DNA of 64,000 nt from Pseudomonadales bacterium (GTDB lineage: Bacteria > Pseudomonadota > Gammaproteobacteria > Pseudomonadales > UBA7434), in the NCBI GenBank assembly GCA_965659815.1, contig CBFHXO010000001.1, positions 73,368 through 137,367 on the forward strand. The letters run 5' to 3'. The notes beneath the pieces were generated by a model. The model searched no databases. It was not told the DNA's origin and was given only the letters and a program-made list of their open reading frames with translations. A program made the position numbers and the translations under genes. Position 1 is the first letter of the stretch, and each line of letters opens with the position of its first letter. Of this stretch, positions 18,373 through 29,149 are shown piece by piece.

Positions 18373-20465
18373 TAGGCCGCCTGAATTCCACTATGCCTGA
18401 GCAGTGCGTCAGTATTTGGACCGCGACCACGAAAGCGTTTAAACAAATGTGCCGGTGGCTCGCTGCCGCCGCGCTCTAAAATCTCTGTTAAGAATTTTTC
18501 GCCACTGACAGTATCGAAAATGCCGCGCTCTTCAAATAGCGAAAAGGCATCGGCCGATAACACCTCGGCCCATTTGTAACTGTAATAACCCGCCGCATAA
18601 CCGCCGGCAAAAATATGTGAAAAACCGTGCTGAAAGCGATTAAACGCCGGTGTTTCATAAGCGCTTACCCGCTCGCGCACGGCATCAAGAACCGCCTGTA
18701 CGGTGGGCAGTGTCGCTGCATCAACATCAACAAAACAATCGCGGTGAATAGTTAAATCAAACAGTGCGAATTCTAGCTGCCGGACCATTTGCATGGCCGA
18801 TTGAAAGTTTTTTGCCGCCAGCATCTTATCGAGCAAATCGGCGGGCAGGGTTTCTCCGCTTTGGTAATGACCTGAAAATAATGCCAGCGCCTCCGGCTCC
18901 CAGCACCAATTTTCCATAAACTGGCTGGGCAATTCAACTGCATCCCAGGCTACGCCATTAATACCCGAAACATCGGCGCAGGAAATTTTGGTTAGCATAT
19001 GATGCAAACCATGACCAAACTCATGAAATAGAGTTGTAACATCGTTATGCGTCAACAGCGAAGGCTTATCTTCTGCCGGGGGTGAGAAATTACAGGTTAA
19101 AAACGCCACTGGCAGTTGTGTTTGGCCACTTAAGTTTTCCCGCCGCACGCGACACTCAGCCATCCAGGCGCCACCGCGCTTCCCATCGCGGGCAAATAAA
19201 TCAAGGTAGCACTGGGCAATAAGCTCACCATTTTTCTCCAGCTGGTAAAAGCGAACATCCGGATGCCAAAGGCTGGGTGCAGCAACTGTCATCACGTCAA
19301 TATCGTAGAGTCGTTTCACAACGTCAAACATACCGTTAATCACTGTGTCGGCAGGGAAGTAGGCACGCAGTGTCTCTTGCGATAAATCGTAACGCGCAAG
19401 TCGTAAGGCCTCAGTGGCGTATGCAATATCCCAGGCTTCGAGCTTTTTAATGCCCAGCGATTGTGCGGCAAACTCGCTAAGCTGCTGAAACTCAGCACGC
19501 GCCGTGACTACCGAAGCATCGGCAAGTTCGTCGAGCAAAGCAAAAACCTCATCGACCGATGCAGCCATTTTCGTTGTGAGTGAATAGTCGGCGTAATGAG
19601 TAAAGCCCAGCAACAGCGCCAGCTGTTGGCGCAACTGCAGAATTTCGTCAATGGCGGGCGAATTATCCCATGCTTGATTACCCAGCTCAGAGGCCCGTGT
19701 CACATAAGCATGATACAACTGCTCGCGTAACTCGCGGTGATGGCAGTATTGCATCACCGGTAAATACGAAGGAAGATCCAGGGTAACCACATAACCGCTT
19801 AAGCCTTTTTGCGCCGCCAATGCCTGTGCCGCGGTTAACGCCGATTCGGGCATGCCGTTAAGCTGCTCTACATCGTCAATTTGATGATGCCAGCTTTGAG
19901 TGGCGTCGAGCACATTGTTGGAGAACTGCGTGGTCAACTCCGCCAGCCGAGATTTTATTTCGCCGTAGCGTTGTTGCTCTGCGTCAGCCAAATCAACGCC
20001 GGCCAGCTTAAAATCACGTAGCTTATTATCAAGTGCCTGCTGCTGTGCCGTGGTCATGGCGGCGTAATTAGGAGAATTCTTGAGCCTTTGGCAGGCATTA
20101 AACAGTGGGCGGTGCTGGCCCATGCGAGTACTGTAATCGGTTAACACCGGCAGGCACGTGTTATAAGCTTCGCGAATCTCATCGGTATTGCTAACGCCAT
20201 TAAGATGGCTAATCACCGACCAGGCGCGCTCTAATCGGTCATTGGCCTCTTCCAGCGGGTGTAATAGATGCTGCCAATCCAGGGTATCAACAGATGCCAA
20301 GGTTTGCTTCAACACTTGCTCGCAGTCGTCAATCAACTGGGTAATTGCCGGTAAAAAATGGCTGGCATTAATGAGATCGAAATTGGGCAGTAAATCTTTT
20401 GCGCTGGCAGTGTTTGCGGCCGTCATTTCAATTAAAGGGTTACTCATATTAAAACTCGCTTCCAA
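18372..20465 (-). CDS. prlC: Oligopeptidase A (M3 metallopeptidase)
   Basis: 697-aa ORF with zinc motif HEFGHGLHH. An alternative start lies 6 codons downstream (MSNPLIE). Confidence 0.95.
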   Translation of the reverse strand: MEASFNMSNPLIEMTAANTASAKDLLPNFDLINASHFLPAITQLIDDCEQVLKQTLASVDTLDWQHLLHPLEEANDRLERAWSVISHLNGVSNTDEIREAYNTCLPVLTDYSTRMGQHRPLFNACQRLKNSPNYAAMTTAQQQALDNKLRDFKLAGVDLADAEQQRYGEIKSRLAELTTQFSNNVLDATQSWHHQIDDVEQLNGMPESALTAAQALAAQKGLSGYVVTLDLPSYLPVMQYCHHRELREQLYHAYVTRASELGNQAWDNSPAIDEILQLRQQLALLLGFTHYADYSLTTKMAASVDEVFALLDELADASVVTARAEFQQLSEFAAQSLGIKKLEAWDIAYATEALRLARYDLSQETLRAYFPADTVINGMFDVVKRLYDIDVMTVAAPSLWHPDVRFYQLEKNGELIAQCYLDLFARDGKRGGAWMAECRVRRENLSGQTQLPVAFLTCNFSPPAEDKPSLLTHNDVTTLFHEFGHGLHHMLTKISCADVSGINGVAWDAVELPSQFMENWCWEPEALALFSGHYQSGETLPADLLDKMLAAKNFQSAMQMVRQLEFALFDLTIHRDCFVDVDAATLPTVQAVLDAVRERVSAYETPAFNRFQHGFSHIFAGGYAAGYYSYKWAEVLSADAFSLFEERGIFDTVSGEKFLTEILERGGSEPPAHLFKRFRGRGPNTDALLRHSGIQAA

Positions 20466-20582
20466 ATCGATTTAAAAAAGGCTTAACCACTATGAATATT
20501 TTATTTTGTCGGGCTATCATCGCAACGATAAAAGCGGTTTAATTATTTCCCGGCTAAAACCACCAAAAAAGAATTGTTAACT

Positions 20583-21161
20583 ATGAACATTCGCAGTTTT
20601 AATCATGGCACGCCTAACAATGACACTAACAACGCAACCATTAGCACGCCAAAACTGGGTAACGATGTTTATATCGATACCAGCGCTGTGGTTATTGGCA
20701 ATGTCAGCCTGGGCGACGATTGCTCGGTTTGGCCACAGGCGGTTATTCGTGGCGATATGCATTCTATTATTATCGGCGCTCGCACCAGTATTCAAGATGG
20801 TTCAGTACTCCATATTACCCATGCCGGTCCCTATAACGAATCGGGCTGGCCCATGACCATTGGTCGCGACGTTACCGTTGGTCATCGCTGCGTGCTGCAC
20901 GGCTGTAGTATCGGCAATCGCGTACTGATCGGCAATGGTGCCATTGTGATGGACGGCGCAATTATCGACAATGATGTGATTATCGGCGCCAATGCCTTGG
21001 TGCCGCCAGGCAAACACCTGGCCAGCGGTTATCTTTACGTTGGCTCACCTTGCAAAGCCGTGCGCGAAATTAGCGAAAAAGAAAAAACCTTTTTTCTCTA
21101 TACCGCGACCAATTACGTTAAGTTGAAAAATCAATATCTCTGCCAGGTCGAATCACGGTAG
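20583..21161 (+). CDS. yrdA: Gamma-class carbonic anhydrase-like hexapeptide-repeat protein (YrdA family)
   Basis: Near-colinear with E. coli YrdA (IRGDxxxIxIGARTxIQDGSxLHxTH, GHxxxLHGCxIGNRVL). The ATG at 20583 is preferred over the track's TTG at 20574. Confidence 0.88.
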   Translation: MNIRSFNHGTPNNDTNNATISTPKLGNDVYIDTSAVVIGNVSLGDDCSVWPQAVIRGDMHSIIIGARTSIQDGSVLHITHAGPYNESGWPMTIGRDVTVGHRCVLHGCSIGNRVLIGNGAIVMDGAIIDNDVIIGANALVPPGKHLASGYLYVGSPCKAVREISEKEKTFFLYTATNYVKLKNQYLCQVESR

Positions 21162-21205
21162 TCAACTTTGTTCATCCGCTATTGCTCTACTCTTGCACTA
21201 CTCGT

Positions 21206-22486
21206 TTATTGAACAAGGCGCTCAATTCTGTAGCGGCGCTGGTACGGTGGCTTTAATTCCAGATAGGGGCGATATTTTGTCACCGACTGCATCGATACCT
21301 GCTCCATTAACGCTGACAACGGTGCGTTAGTTGCCTTGCCCCGACTCAACGACCAATCGTCAAAACCGTTATCGGCAATAATCCGATACTGCCCATGCCG
21401 GAGCACCGGCGAATACACCTGGATACGGTCTTTTTTTCGCAGCAATCGATAACCATTAAACGGCGATGCCAACGGCTCGCCAATAAAATTACCTTGACCT
21501 GGCATATGTACGCTTTTCCAGTAAGCTTCGATCATTGTCGCACCAGAAAGATAATGCCACATGGCCAGCAATGGGTTGGGAAATTTCTCTACAAAATTGC
21601 ACGGCTCCAATGCAGAGCCATAACTCCCTGTAGCGCCAGCTTCGATCCAGCGCAGTGCACTCATTTGGCTAGAGTCGGTAAGCTGTCCACCGGCCGAGGT
21701 TAAGTGATCGGCCATTGCGCCGGGCAAAAACGACAATGTATCGAGGTGCTGCACCCGCTCCTTGCCGGTAAAGTAAAATAAAATATCACTGCGATGTTTA
21801 ATCGCATCGCGGTTAAGAATATGAATATCCAGCCGATCGCCAAAGGTCTTGTCGATTTCGTCAAAAAAAACATGTCTTACCGAGCGCCTTTTATCAGAGG
21901 TTTTGAGTAAAAACGCGTGCCCGAGCGGTAGAGAGTTATCGGCTTTTATACCGCGATCAATTAACCGTAAAGCATCATCGGTGTTACTCGCGGCCAGCAT
22001 TATCGTTGGACGCATAGCAAAATCATTAAAAGGCGCACTGCTACCCGAATGGTAGTAAGGCGAAGTGCGAGTCGCTTTACACCCGCTCGCGCAATAGGCA
22101 ACGTCATAACCCAAGGCAAAGGCAGCGGTAATACTCATACAGCCTACCTGGTAGGGCGTCGCCCAGGCCAGCGCCAGTGCCTGCACATCGCTACTCAAGC
22201 GACGATCGAGAATATTTTTTTGCACAGCAAACTCACCCACACCCACTGAGGTTTTATCTGCCGGCAGTGTTATTGCAATAAGATTGGCACTGGGAATGCC
22301 GCGCTGTTGCTGATAGTAACGCGCAATTGCTTCGCTTTGTTCATTACCTTTGAGATAAAGCACAGCAAGTTGATGCGGCAATAAACCCGCCTTGGGTAAT
22401 TCGATATAGGGGCCAGGATTCGCCAATGTCAGCTGGCCTAGCGCAGCGGCAAATAGTGCGACGGTGTAGCACAGTCGTGCTCGCAA
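21206..22486 (-). CDS. Secreted protein of unknown function, probably TIGR03790 family
   Basis: Signal peptide (ALGQLTLA/NP). The N-terminal LAVLYLKGNEQSEAIARYYQQQRGIPSANLIAI and C-terminal GATGSYGSALEPC...FPNP...GATMIEAYW...IGEPLASPF resemble my recollection of TIGR03790. TTG start. Confidence 0.55.
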   Translation of the reverse strand: MRARLCYTVALFAAALGQLTLANPGPYIELPKAGLLPHQLAVLYLKGNEQSEAIARYYQQQRGIPSANLIAITLPADKTSVGVGEFAVQKNILDRRLSSDVQALALAWATPYQVGCMSITAAFALGYDVAYCASGCKATRTSPYYHSGSSAPFNDFAMRPTIMLAASNTDDALRLIDRGIKADNSLPLGHAFLLKTSDKRRSVRHVFFDEIDKTFGDRLDIHILNRDAIKHRSDILFYFTGKERVQHLDTLSFLPGAMADHLTSAGGQLTDSSQMSALRWIEAGATGSYGSALEPCNFVEKFPNPLLAMWHYLSGATMIEAYWKSVHMPGQGNFIGEPLASPFNGYRLLRKKDRIQVYSPVLRHGQYRIIADNGFDDWSLSRGKATNAPLSALMEQVSMQSVTKYRPYLELKPPYQRRYRIERLVQ

Positions 22487-22549
22487 AAGATAAACTAACC
22501 GATTGCCAAAAGCGCAGAATGTAGAGAAAGAGCAGCGGATAAGGCTTAC

Positions 22550-23398
22550 CTATAACTTATCGCGCATCAGCGTGATTACCGGCGCAGTTTCTGGTCGTAC
22601 ACCTTGCCATAAATAAAACGATTCGGCAGCTTGTTCAACCAGCATACCCAAACCATCGGCAATACTTTTTGCGCCGTGTCGTGCGGCAAATTGCAAAAAC
22701 GCTGTGGGTGTTTTTGCGTACATCATGTCATAACAAAGTGCTTGATTAAACGTCGCCTCTGCTATCGGTAACCGCTGGTTGCCTAAGCTGGCACTGGTGC
22801 CGTTAATAATAATGTCAAAGCCACCGCTCAGTGCCTGGTAACTTTGCGCTGATAGCGGACAGTTAACCGCCCCGGCCTGGGCATTAAACATATCTGCCAG
22901 GTGTTCTGCTTTATCAACGCTGCGATTGGCAATAAGCAGTGATGCAGGCTGCGCCGCCAGCAATGGCTCTATGACTCCGCGCACTGCACCACCCGCACCT
23001 AAAACTAAAATATTTTTTTGTTGTAACTGCCAGTGCAAATTATTGCTTAAATCATTTAACAAGCCGCAACCGTCAGTGGTATCACCTTCAATATAAGTAA
23101 CGTTGCTATCATTAGCGTCGCGATGGGCAATTAAAGTATTCACCGCTCCGGCATTTTTAGCGCGTTCAGTTAAGCGGTCGGCAAACTGGTAGGCATCAAG
23201 CTTAAACGGCACGGTGATGTTTAATCCTGCGCCGCCATCGGCAAAAAACTCACCAACATCCTCCGCGAATTGTCCTATGGCTACCAACTTGCGCTGGTAG
23301 TCAACGGCGCGATGCGTTTGCTCGGCAAACTGCTGGTGAATAGCCGGTGACAAACTATGTGCAATAGGATTGCCAACAACGGCGTAACGTGAGATCAA
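22550..23398 (-). CDS. aroE: Shikimate dehydrogenase
   Basis: VVGNPIAHSLSPAIHQ substrate motif and GAGGAVRGV NADP-binding loop. Confidence 0.93.
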   Translation of the reverse strand: MISRYAVVGNPIAHSLSPAIHQQFAEQTHRAVDYQRKLVAIGQFAEDVGEFFADGGAGLNITVPFKLDAYQFADRLTERAKNAGAVNTLIAHRDANDSNVTYIEGDTTDGCGLLNDLSNNLHWQLQQKNILVLGAGGAVRGVIEPLLAAQPASLLIANRSVDKAEHLADMFNAQAGAVNCPLSAQSYQALSGGFDIIINGTSASLGNQRLPIAEATFNQALCYDMMYAKTPTAFLQFAARHGAKSIADGLGMLVEQAAESFYLWQGVRPETAPVITLMRDKL

Positions 23399-23418
23399 GG
23401 TTGATTTCCTTTGTAAGA

Positions 23419-24378
<960 letters not shown>

Positions 24379-24419
24379 TTACAGGCCTGCTATTGTCAGG
24401 CGCAATAGCTTAAGCGAGT

Positions 24420-24989
24420 TTAACGCAAAACCTTACCGGTCAGTAGATGCCTGATTTGCGATGGCATAGCGTCTTTGCCAACAGCGCCGGGTACATAAGC
24501 ACCAATGCGCCGACCAAAATAGCAGCGCGCCTGTAATTGGTTAAGCGCGGGCCTAAAGCTTGCAGGGTTTGCTGAGGTCGAGACAATCATACCGCCAAAT
24601 GCCAGGCAAAGTGCGTGTACCACCGGATGGCGTGAAATTCTTACCGCCACCGTGTCATGCTCGCCGGTAACCCAGCGCGGAATACTGTCATAATGCGGGA
24701 TGAGCCAGGTCGTAGCGCGGCCATTAGGCGCCAACTGAGTCAGCTGGTTTTTTTGGCTCTCGCTCAACGGCGCCAGTAACGGTGCAATTTGGTCGGCGTT
24801 GGCCGCCACCAAAATCAGACCTTTTTCTGGCGGCCGGTTTTTGGTGTTTAACAAGCGGTATACCGCCTGCTGATTAAAAGGATCGCAGCCAAGGCCCCAA
24901 ACCGCTTCGGTGGGATAGGCAATAGTCTTACCCTGATAAAGCGCTTTGAGCGCGGTAGTTAATTGCCAGCGACCCGGGGCCTTATGCAT
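24420..24989 (-). CDS. tsaC: L-threonylcarbamoyladenylate synthase type 1 (YrdC/TsaC)
   Basis: YrdC-domain motif YPTEAVWGLGCDP, correct size, and the aroE/hemF neighbourhood. Confidence 0.9.
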   Translation of the reverse strand: MHKAPGRWQLTTALKALYQGKTIAYPTEAVWGLGCDPFNQQAVYRLLNTKNRPPEKGLILVAANADQIAPLLAPLSESQKNQLTQLAPNGRATTWLIPHYDSIPRWVTGEHDTVAVRISRHPVVHALCLAFGGMIVSTSANPASFRPALNQLQARCYFGRRIGAYVPGAVGKDAMPSQIRHLLTGKVLR

Positions 24990-25000
24990 GGTGAGGTCGC

Positions 25001-25519
25001 CTAGTTGGCGAGCTTAGCCTGAAGTGCTGCGTCTTTTGCCTGTACCGCTTGCGCATTTTCAGCACGTTCGGCTTTCACGCGCTCAGCCAGTGAGGCATCG
25101 GCAGTCGACAGGATTTGCGCCGCCAGGTAGGCCGCATTTTTTGCGCCAGCCTTGCCAATCGCAACTGTGGCAACAGGAATACCGCCAGGCATTTGTACCG
25201 TCGAAAGCAGTGCATCCAGACCTTCGAGTGATGCATTAATGGGTACGCCAATTACCGGCTTGGTCGTATTGGCAGCAACGGCTCCTGCCAAATGCGCTGC
25301 CATACCCGCCGCGGCGATAAATACGCCACAGCCACGCTGGTCAGCGTCTGTCACATAAGCGTGGGTGGCCGCCGGTGTGCGGTGTGCCGAAGTCACTTTG
25401 ACTTCAGTGCGAATATCAAACTTTTTTAGTGTATCGATTGCTGGCTGCATTTGAGGTAAATCACTATCTGAACCCATCAGAATAGCGACAAAAGTATCAG
25501 TCATGACAAGATGTCCCAT
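25001..25519 (-). CDS. purE: N5-carboxyaminoimidazole ribonucleotide mutase (class I PurE-like)
   Basis: Colinear with E. coli PurE: [26 protein letters not shown] (canonical AGGAAHLPG) and [22 protein letters not shown]. There is no purK next to it. An alternative ATG lies at 25504. Confidence 0.85.
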   Translation of the reverse strand: MGHLVMTDTFVAILMGSDSDLPQMQPAIDTLKKFDIRTEVKVTSAHRTPAATHAYVTDADQRGCGVFIAAAGMAAHLAGAVAANTTKPVIGVPINASLEGLDALLSTVQMPGGIPVATVAIGKAGAKNAAYLAAQILSTADASLAERVKAERAENAQAVQAKDAALQAKLAN

Positions 25520-25633
25520 GTTAATCAGAAAAAGGAGCCGCGCAAATTACAGAAAACCTGCGCCGGTTTCAAGTTAAACAGCGCCGTTTGAACGGCCATA
25601 ACTGCCTTTATATAGCGTTGCGGGCGGTGTGGC

Positions 25634-26149
25634 CTAGTTGGGTACTGCGATCTCCATCCTGGGCAGGTCTTGCTCAGGCATGCCGCCCAGCGAAACCGCA
25701 CAGCGAGAAAAGCAGTTGCACAGCACAATGGCGAGTGACAAATGTACGATCTCCTCCGGTGAAAAGGTGTCGGTCATCTGCTGCTTAAACTCGGCAGTCA
25801 TTCCAGTGGGGTTATTGAGATAGTAGTCGGTATAAGCCAGCAGCAGTTTTTCTCTGGCTGACAAATGGCTGTTGGCAAAATCATCGTCAATTTGCGCTAC
25901 CTTGGTCTCGTCAAGGCCTGCTTCAATGGCAATATCGTAGCGCACTGCCTTACAAAAAACGCAATTGACCTTGCGCGCATTACGCAGCCTGGCCATCTCG
26001 ACCTCGGCGGCAGAAAGTGGCCCCTGGTGCCAGATGGCCTGGTTAAATGTCAGGTAGGGGTCAACCGTTTCCTTCACCAGGCCAAGCGCCGAGTCGCGTA
26101 CGACGTTGCCGGTTTGGGTGTTGGGAGCTGTGACTCTTGGCTCACTCAC
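25634..26149 (-). CDS. Carboxymuconolactone decarboxylase/AhpD-like family protein with a CxxC motif
   Basis: All-helical 171-aa protein. The segment AEVEMARLRNARKVNCVFCKAV resembles the AhpD-core E...CxxC segment. Confidence 0.65.
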   Translation of the reverse strand: MSEPRVTAPNTQTGNVVRDSALGLVKETVDPYLTFNQAIWHQGPLSAAEVEMARLRNARKVNCVFCKAVRYDIAIEAGLDETKVAQIDDDFANSHLSAREKLLLAYTDYYLNNPTGMTAEFKQQMTDTFSPEEIVHLSLAIVLCNCFSRCAVSLGGMPEQDLPRMEIAVPN

Positions 26150-26606
26150 GATAAACCTCTTTGCCCTCTTCGGGCGATAAATCCCATAACTGGGCGACTC
26201 GGGTTAATCCATAAAACACGCCCAGCGCTTCGATCAACGCAACCAGGCCCGCGTCACCGTAGTGCGCTTTGACTGCATCGGCGTGATCATCGCTGATTGA
26301 CTGTGGGTCCATGGTATACACTTCAGTAAACGCCAGAGCCGCTTTTTCAGCAGCAGAAAACTCCTGGCTTTTGTTCCACTGCGATAGCTCATCGCGCAGC
26401 GGCCCAGCTAACGACACTTCCTCGCGCTGCCACTCAGCATCGCATTGATGTAGCGCGGCGATACGCAAGCGGCAAAGCTCCAGCGTTTGTGCTGGTATGT
26501 AAGGCAGCTGCCAAAAACTGCTATAAAAGCGTTTAAACGGTTCAGCCAAAACCTTCGACTGTGCAATTGTCGCATCGCGACTGCTGGTGTTCGAAAACCA
26601 GGTCAT
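26142..26606 (-). CDS. AhpD-like family protein with a degenerate active-site motif
   Basis: LELCRLRIAALHQCDAEW aligns with the AhpD-core helix but lacks the second Cys of CxxC. The gene overlaps the downstream AhpD-like gene by 8 nt. Confidence 0.55.
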   Translation of the reverse strand: MTWFSNTSSRDATIAQSKVLAEPFKRFYSSFWQLPYIPAQTLELCRLRIAALHQCDAEWQREEVSLAGPLRDELSQWNKSQEFSAAEKAALAFTEVYTMDPQSISDDHADAVKAHYGDAGLVALIEALGVFYGLTRVAQLWDLSPEEGKEVYRE

Positions 26607-26712
26607 TGTTTTACCTGCTGATTGCTGGGTTTATATGTGTTCGAGCTTACCTAAGCGCGGGCAAGATAACCTTATCCTTTTATTCATTTATTCGCAGAGC
26701 AAAAATTGAGTA

Positions 26713-27990
26713 CTAACTAAAGGGCCGACTATATAAACCGCCGGTTACCGTGAGCAAGCCCTGAAGCTCAAGGTCAATCAGACTGGCGGCAAGATCTTCT
26801 GCCCGATTGGCCAGGCGAGCTTCTATCAATTCATAGGGCGCAGGATCGTAGCCAATCGCATCCAGCACTTCGGACAAATGAGCGGGCAAGCGATCAATGG
26901 CCTGTTGATGCAATTGATCCGAACGGGCGATGGGTTCAACCAGGCGCTGTGTTTGACTGGCATAACATGGCTTGTCTTTGCAATGCGCCAGGCGCAGCCC
27001 ATTAATCACCTCCAACACATCAGCGGCAGACTCAACCAGGGTGGCACCGTCCTTAATCAAATGGTGACAACCGGTATTTAACTGCCGCGACACTGACCCA
27101 GGCACGGCAAACACTTCACGATTTTGTTCTGCTGCGTAATTGGCGGTAATCAGGGAGCCAGAGGGTAGTTTTGCCTGTACCACTATAACGCCCATGCAAA
27201 TACCCGACACCAGCCGATTGCGGCGGGGAAAATGGCCAGCCAGAGAGCGGGTGCCCAAGGGCATTTCGCTAATCACACAGCCTTGCTGGACAATTTGCTC
27301 GGCCAACTGCTGGTTAGATCGCGGGTAAACCAGGTCCAGGCCGGTGGCCCAGACCGCCGCGGTAACACCCGTTGCTTGCAGAGCGCCTTTATGCGCCGCG
27401 GTATCAATTCCCCTGGCCATACCGCTAACCACAAGCAAACCGGCGTCCGCCAGCTCAGCGGCGAGTTGCTCGGTGAATTGCACCCCCTCTGCACTCGGTT
27501 TGCGAGCGCCAACTATCGCTATGGCATCTTTATTAAATACCTCTGCCCGGCCATTGATGTAAAGCCATGGCGGGCAATCCGACAGCTGCTCCAACAGGCG
27601 CGGGTAGTATTTATCGCCGCGACACAGCAGGCCAGAGCCGGTTTGCCGCAGCCAGTTGAGCGAACGCGTAGCGAGCCCCCAGTGCTCGCTGTTTTCCGGC
27701 TGATGCAACAGTTGCTTCAGTTGTGCACGCCCAGTGCCCTGCAACCCTCGAATAACTGGCAGCTTAATATCGCCCTGCATAAGTCGGCCCACAGAACCGG
27801 CACTATCGATCAACTGCGATAACCCAACCGGACCCAGGCCGTCAATTTGTTGCAAGGCAATGAACAAAGTCCAGCAGCGCTCGCTCTGCGCTTTGACCTG
27901 GTTTGCGTTATTGGCATCTCGATTGGCATCAGTAATGGCTGTTGATGCGTTGCGATGAGAATCGGGAAATTGAGACGGTGGTGTATTCAT
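26713..27990 (-). CDS. dprA: DNA-processing protein DprA (Smf)
   Basis: Rossmann-like DprA core (VSGMARGIDTAAHKGAL, FPRRNRLVSG) and a C-terminal winged-helix tail. The N-terminus is longer than usual. Confidence 0.92.
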   Translation of the reverse strand: MNTPPSQFPDSHRNASTAITDANRDANNANQVKAQSERCWTLFIALQQIDGLGPVGLSQLIDSAGSVGRLMQGDIKLPVIRGLQGTGRAQLKQLLHQPENSEHWGLATRSLNWLRQTGSGLLCRGDKYYPRLLEQLSDCPPWLYINGRAEVFNKDAIAIVGARKPSAEGVQFTEQLAAELADAGLLVVSGMARGIDTAAHKGALQATGVTAAVWATGLDLVYPRSNQQLAEQIVQQGCVISEMPLGTRSLAGHFPRRNRLVSGICMGVIVVQAKLPSGSLITANYAAEQNREVFAVPGSVSRQLNTGCHHLIKDGATLVESAADVLEVINGLRLAHCKDKPCYASQTQRLVEPIARSDQLHQQAIDRLPAHLSEVLDAIGYDPAPYELIEARLANRAEDLAASLIDLELQGLLTVTGGLYSRPFS

Positions 27991-28074
27991 AGGATCATCC
28001 GTGACCTGAAAGTAGTAGAGAAGTTGGGATATTATCTGGCTTATCCGTTTAGGTCAAAATTAAACCAGCGCCCC

Positions 28075-28109
28075 AAAAAAAATGCCGGTAATCAATACCG
28101 GCATTTTTT
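28075..28109 (-). terminator. Strong bidirectional-type intrinsic terminator between the LysM gene and dprA
   Basis: ATGCCGGTA (28082-28090), loop ATCAA, TACCGGCAT (28096-28104). It is flanked by A8 (28075-28082) and a T-run (28104-28109), so the minus strand reads hairpin followed by U8. Confidence 0.8.
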
Positions 28110-28123
28110 AAACCATAGCTCAA

Positions 28124-29149
28124 TCAGGGATTGCCGACTTCGTCGAATACCGACAGGGGTCGGTCGGCCTCGAGAATCAGACCATAGCTGACCTTGTCAA
28201 AAACCTTAAATACAATTAGCAGACCCGCTCGCTCACTTGGCAGTTTAACGCGGCCTTTACCGACGCTATCACGAATGGTTTTGCCGGCCTGGTTTACCGC
28301 CAACACATCACCGGTAATCAGCCCCTCGCGAGTACCCCGGTTAATCACCACTACGTCGTAGCGACCAATATTGGCGACACCACCTTCAACCGCAATAATT
28401 AAACCATCGACATCCCCATCGGGAGCTTTAGGATAAAAAGTCGAGTTTACCTTCTCATCGGCAAAGGCAAGAAAACGATCGCCAACTCGAACTTCTTCAT
28501 TGCTGCTGTTAAGCAAAATGGTGGTTACGCCTTCTTCTTCATCTTCGGCAGTAATTCGGCCTGTACCAATTTCCATGGCCTGAATACCCAGCTTTTCGCG
28601 CGTCTCGGGGTCTTTAAAAGTCTGGCCTTTGCGATAAATACCGTAAAAGCGGCTATTGCCACTGAAATCGCCGCGCGCATAAATGCGGTCACCGGCAGAA
28701 CTGATAATTCGGCCCGAAGCACCAGCTAATACATAAGGGGCCTCGGCCAAGGTCTCTTTTTCAACGACACGGCTGCGAGATAGGAACGCCGATATAGCAT
28801 CGAGTGGAATGGCAGGAATCGCTGCGCCCAATGGTGAGGTTCGCATTTGCGGCGACAACTTAACATCACCTCGATTAACCACCAAGCGCGGCTTACCGTC
28901 GATATAAATCAGCGACAGTACATCGCCAGGGTAGATCAGATGGGGATTGGCGACCTGGGGGTTAGCTTGCCAGATTTCCGGCCACAGCCAGGGCGTTTTA
29001 AGGAACTTGTTTGAGATATCCCAAAGTGTATCCCCTAACACGACGGTATAGGTGCCGGGCTGATCATCCCGCAGCTCCAACTGCGCGTAGGCAAACCGCC
29101 CCTGAAAAACGGCTAAACATAAAAGCAAGCCAAGCCAAAATGTTTTCAT
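28124..29149 (-). CDS. LysM peptidoglycan-binding domain protein, exported
   Basis: Signal peptide MKTFWLGLLLCLAVFQGRFAYA and LysM motif YTVVLGDTLWDISNKF. It is the conserved divergent neighbour of def. The ATG at 29149, with a GGAAGGA SD, is preferred over the track's TTG at 29170. Confidence 0.88.
   Translation of the reverse strand: MKTFWLGLLLCLAVFQGRFAYAQLELRDDQPGTYTVVLGDTLWDISNKFLKTPWLWPEIWQANPQVANPHLIYPGDVLSLIYIDGKPRLVVNRGDVKLSPQMRTSPLGAAIPAIPLDAISAFLSRSRVVEKETLAEAPYVLAGASGRIISSAGDRIYARGDFSGNSRFYGIYRKGQTFKDPETREKLGIQAMEIGTGRITAEDEEEGVTTILLNSSNEEVRVGDRFLAFADEKVNSTFYPKAPDGDVDGLIIAVEGGVANIGRYDVVVINRGTREGLITGDVLAVNQAGKTIRDSVGKGRVKLPSERAGLLIVFKVFDKVSYGLILEADRPLSVFDEVGNP

Noticed and set aside
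24389-24409. 7-bp hairpin GCTATTG/CAATAGC between tsaC and hemF, considered as a terminator
   Set aside because: No U-tract follows it on the transcribed (minus) strand, so it is probably just intercistronic structure.
27232-27822. 196-aa plus-strand ORF
   Set aside because: It lies entirely antisense within dprA, which has clear family motifs. Its product is Arg/Gln/Ala-rich, as expected for an antisense frame, and it has no SD. The other nested ORFs inside dprA (27140-27328, 27344-27562, 27734-27958) are rejected for the same reason.
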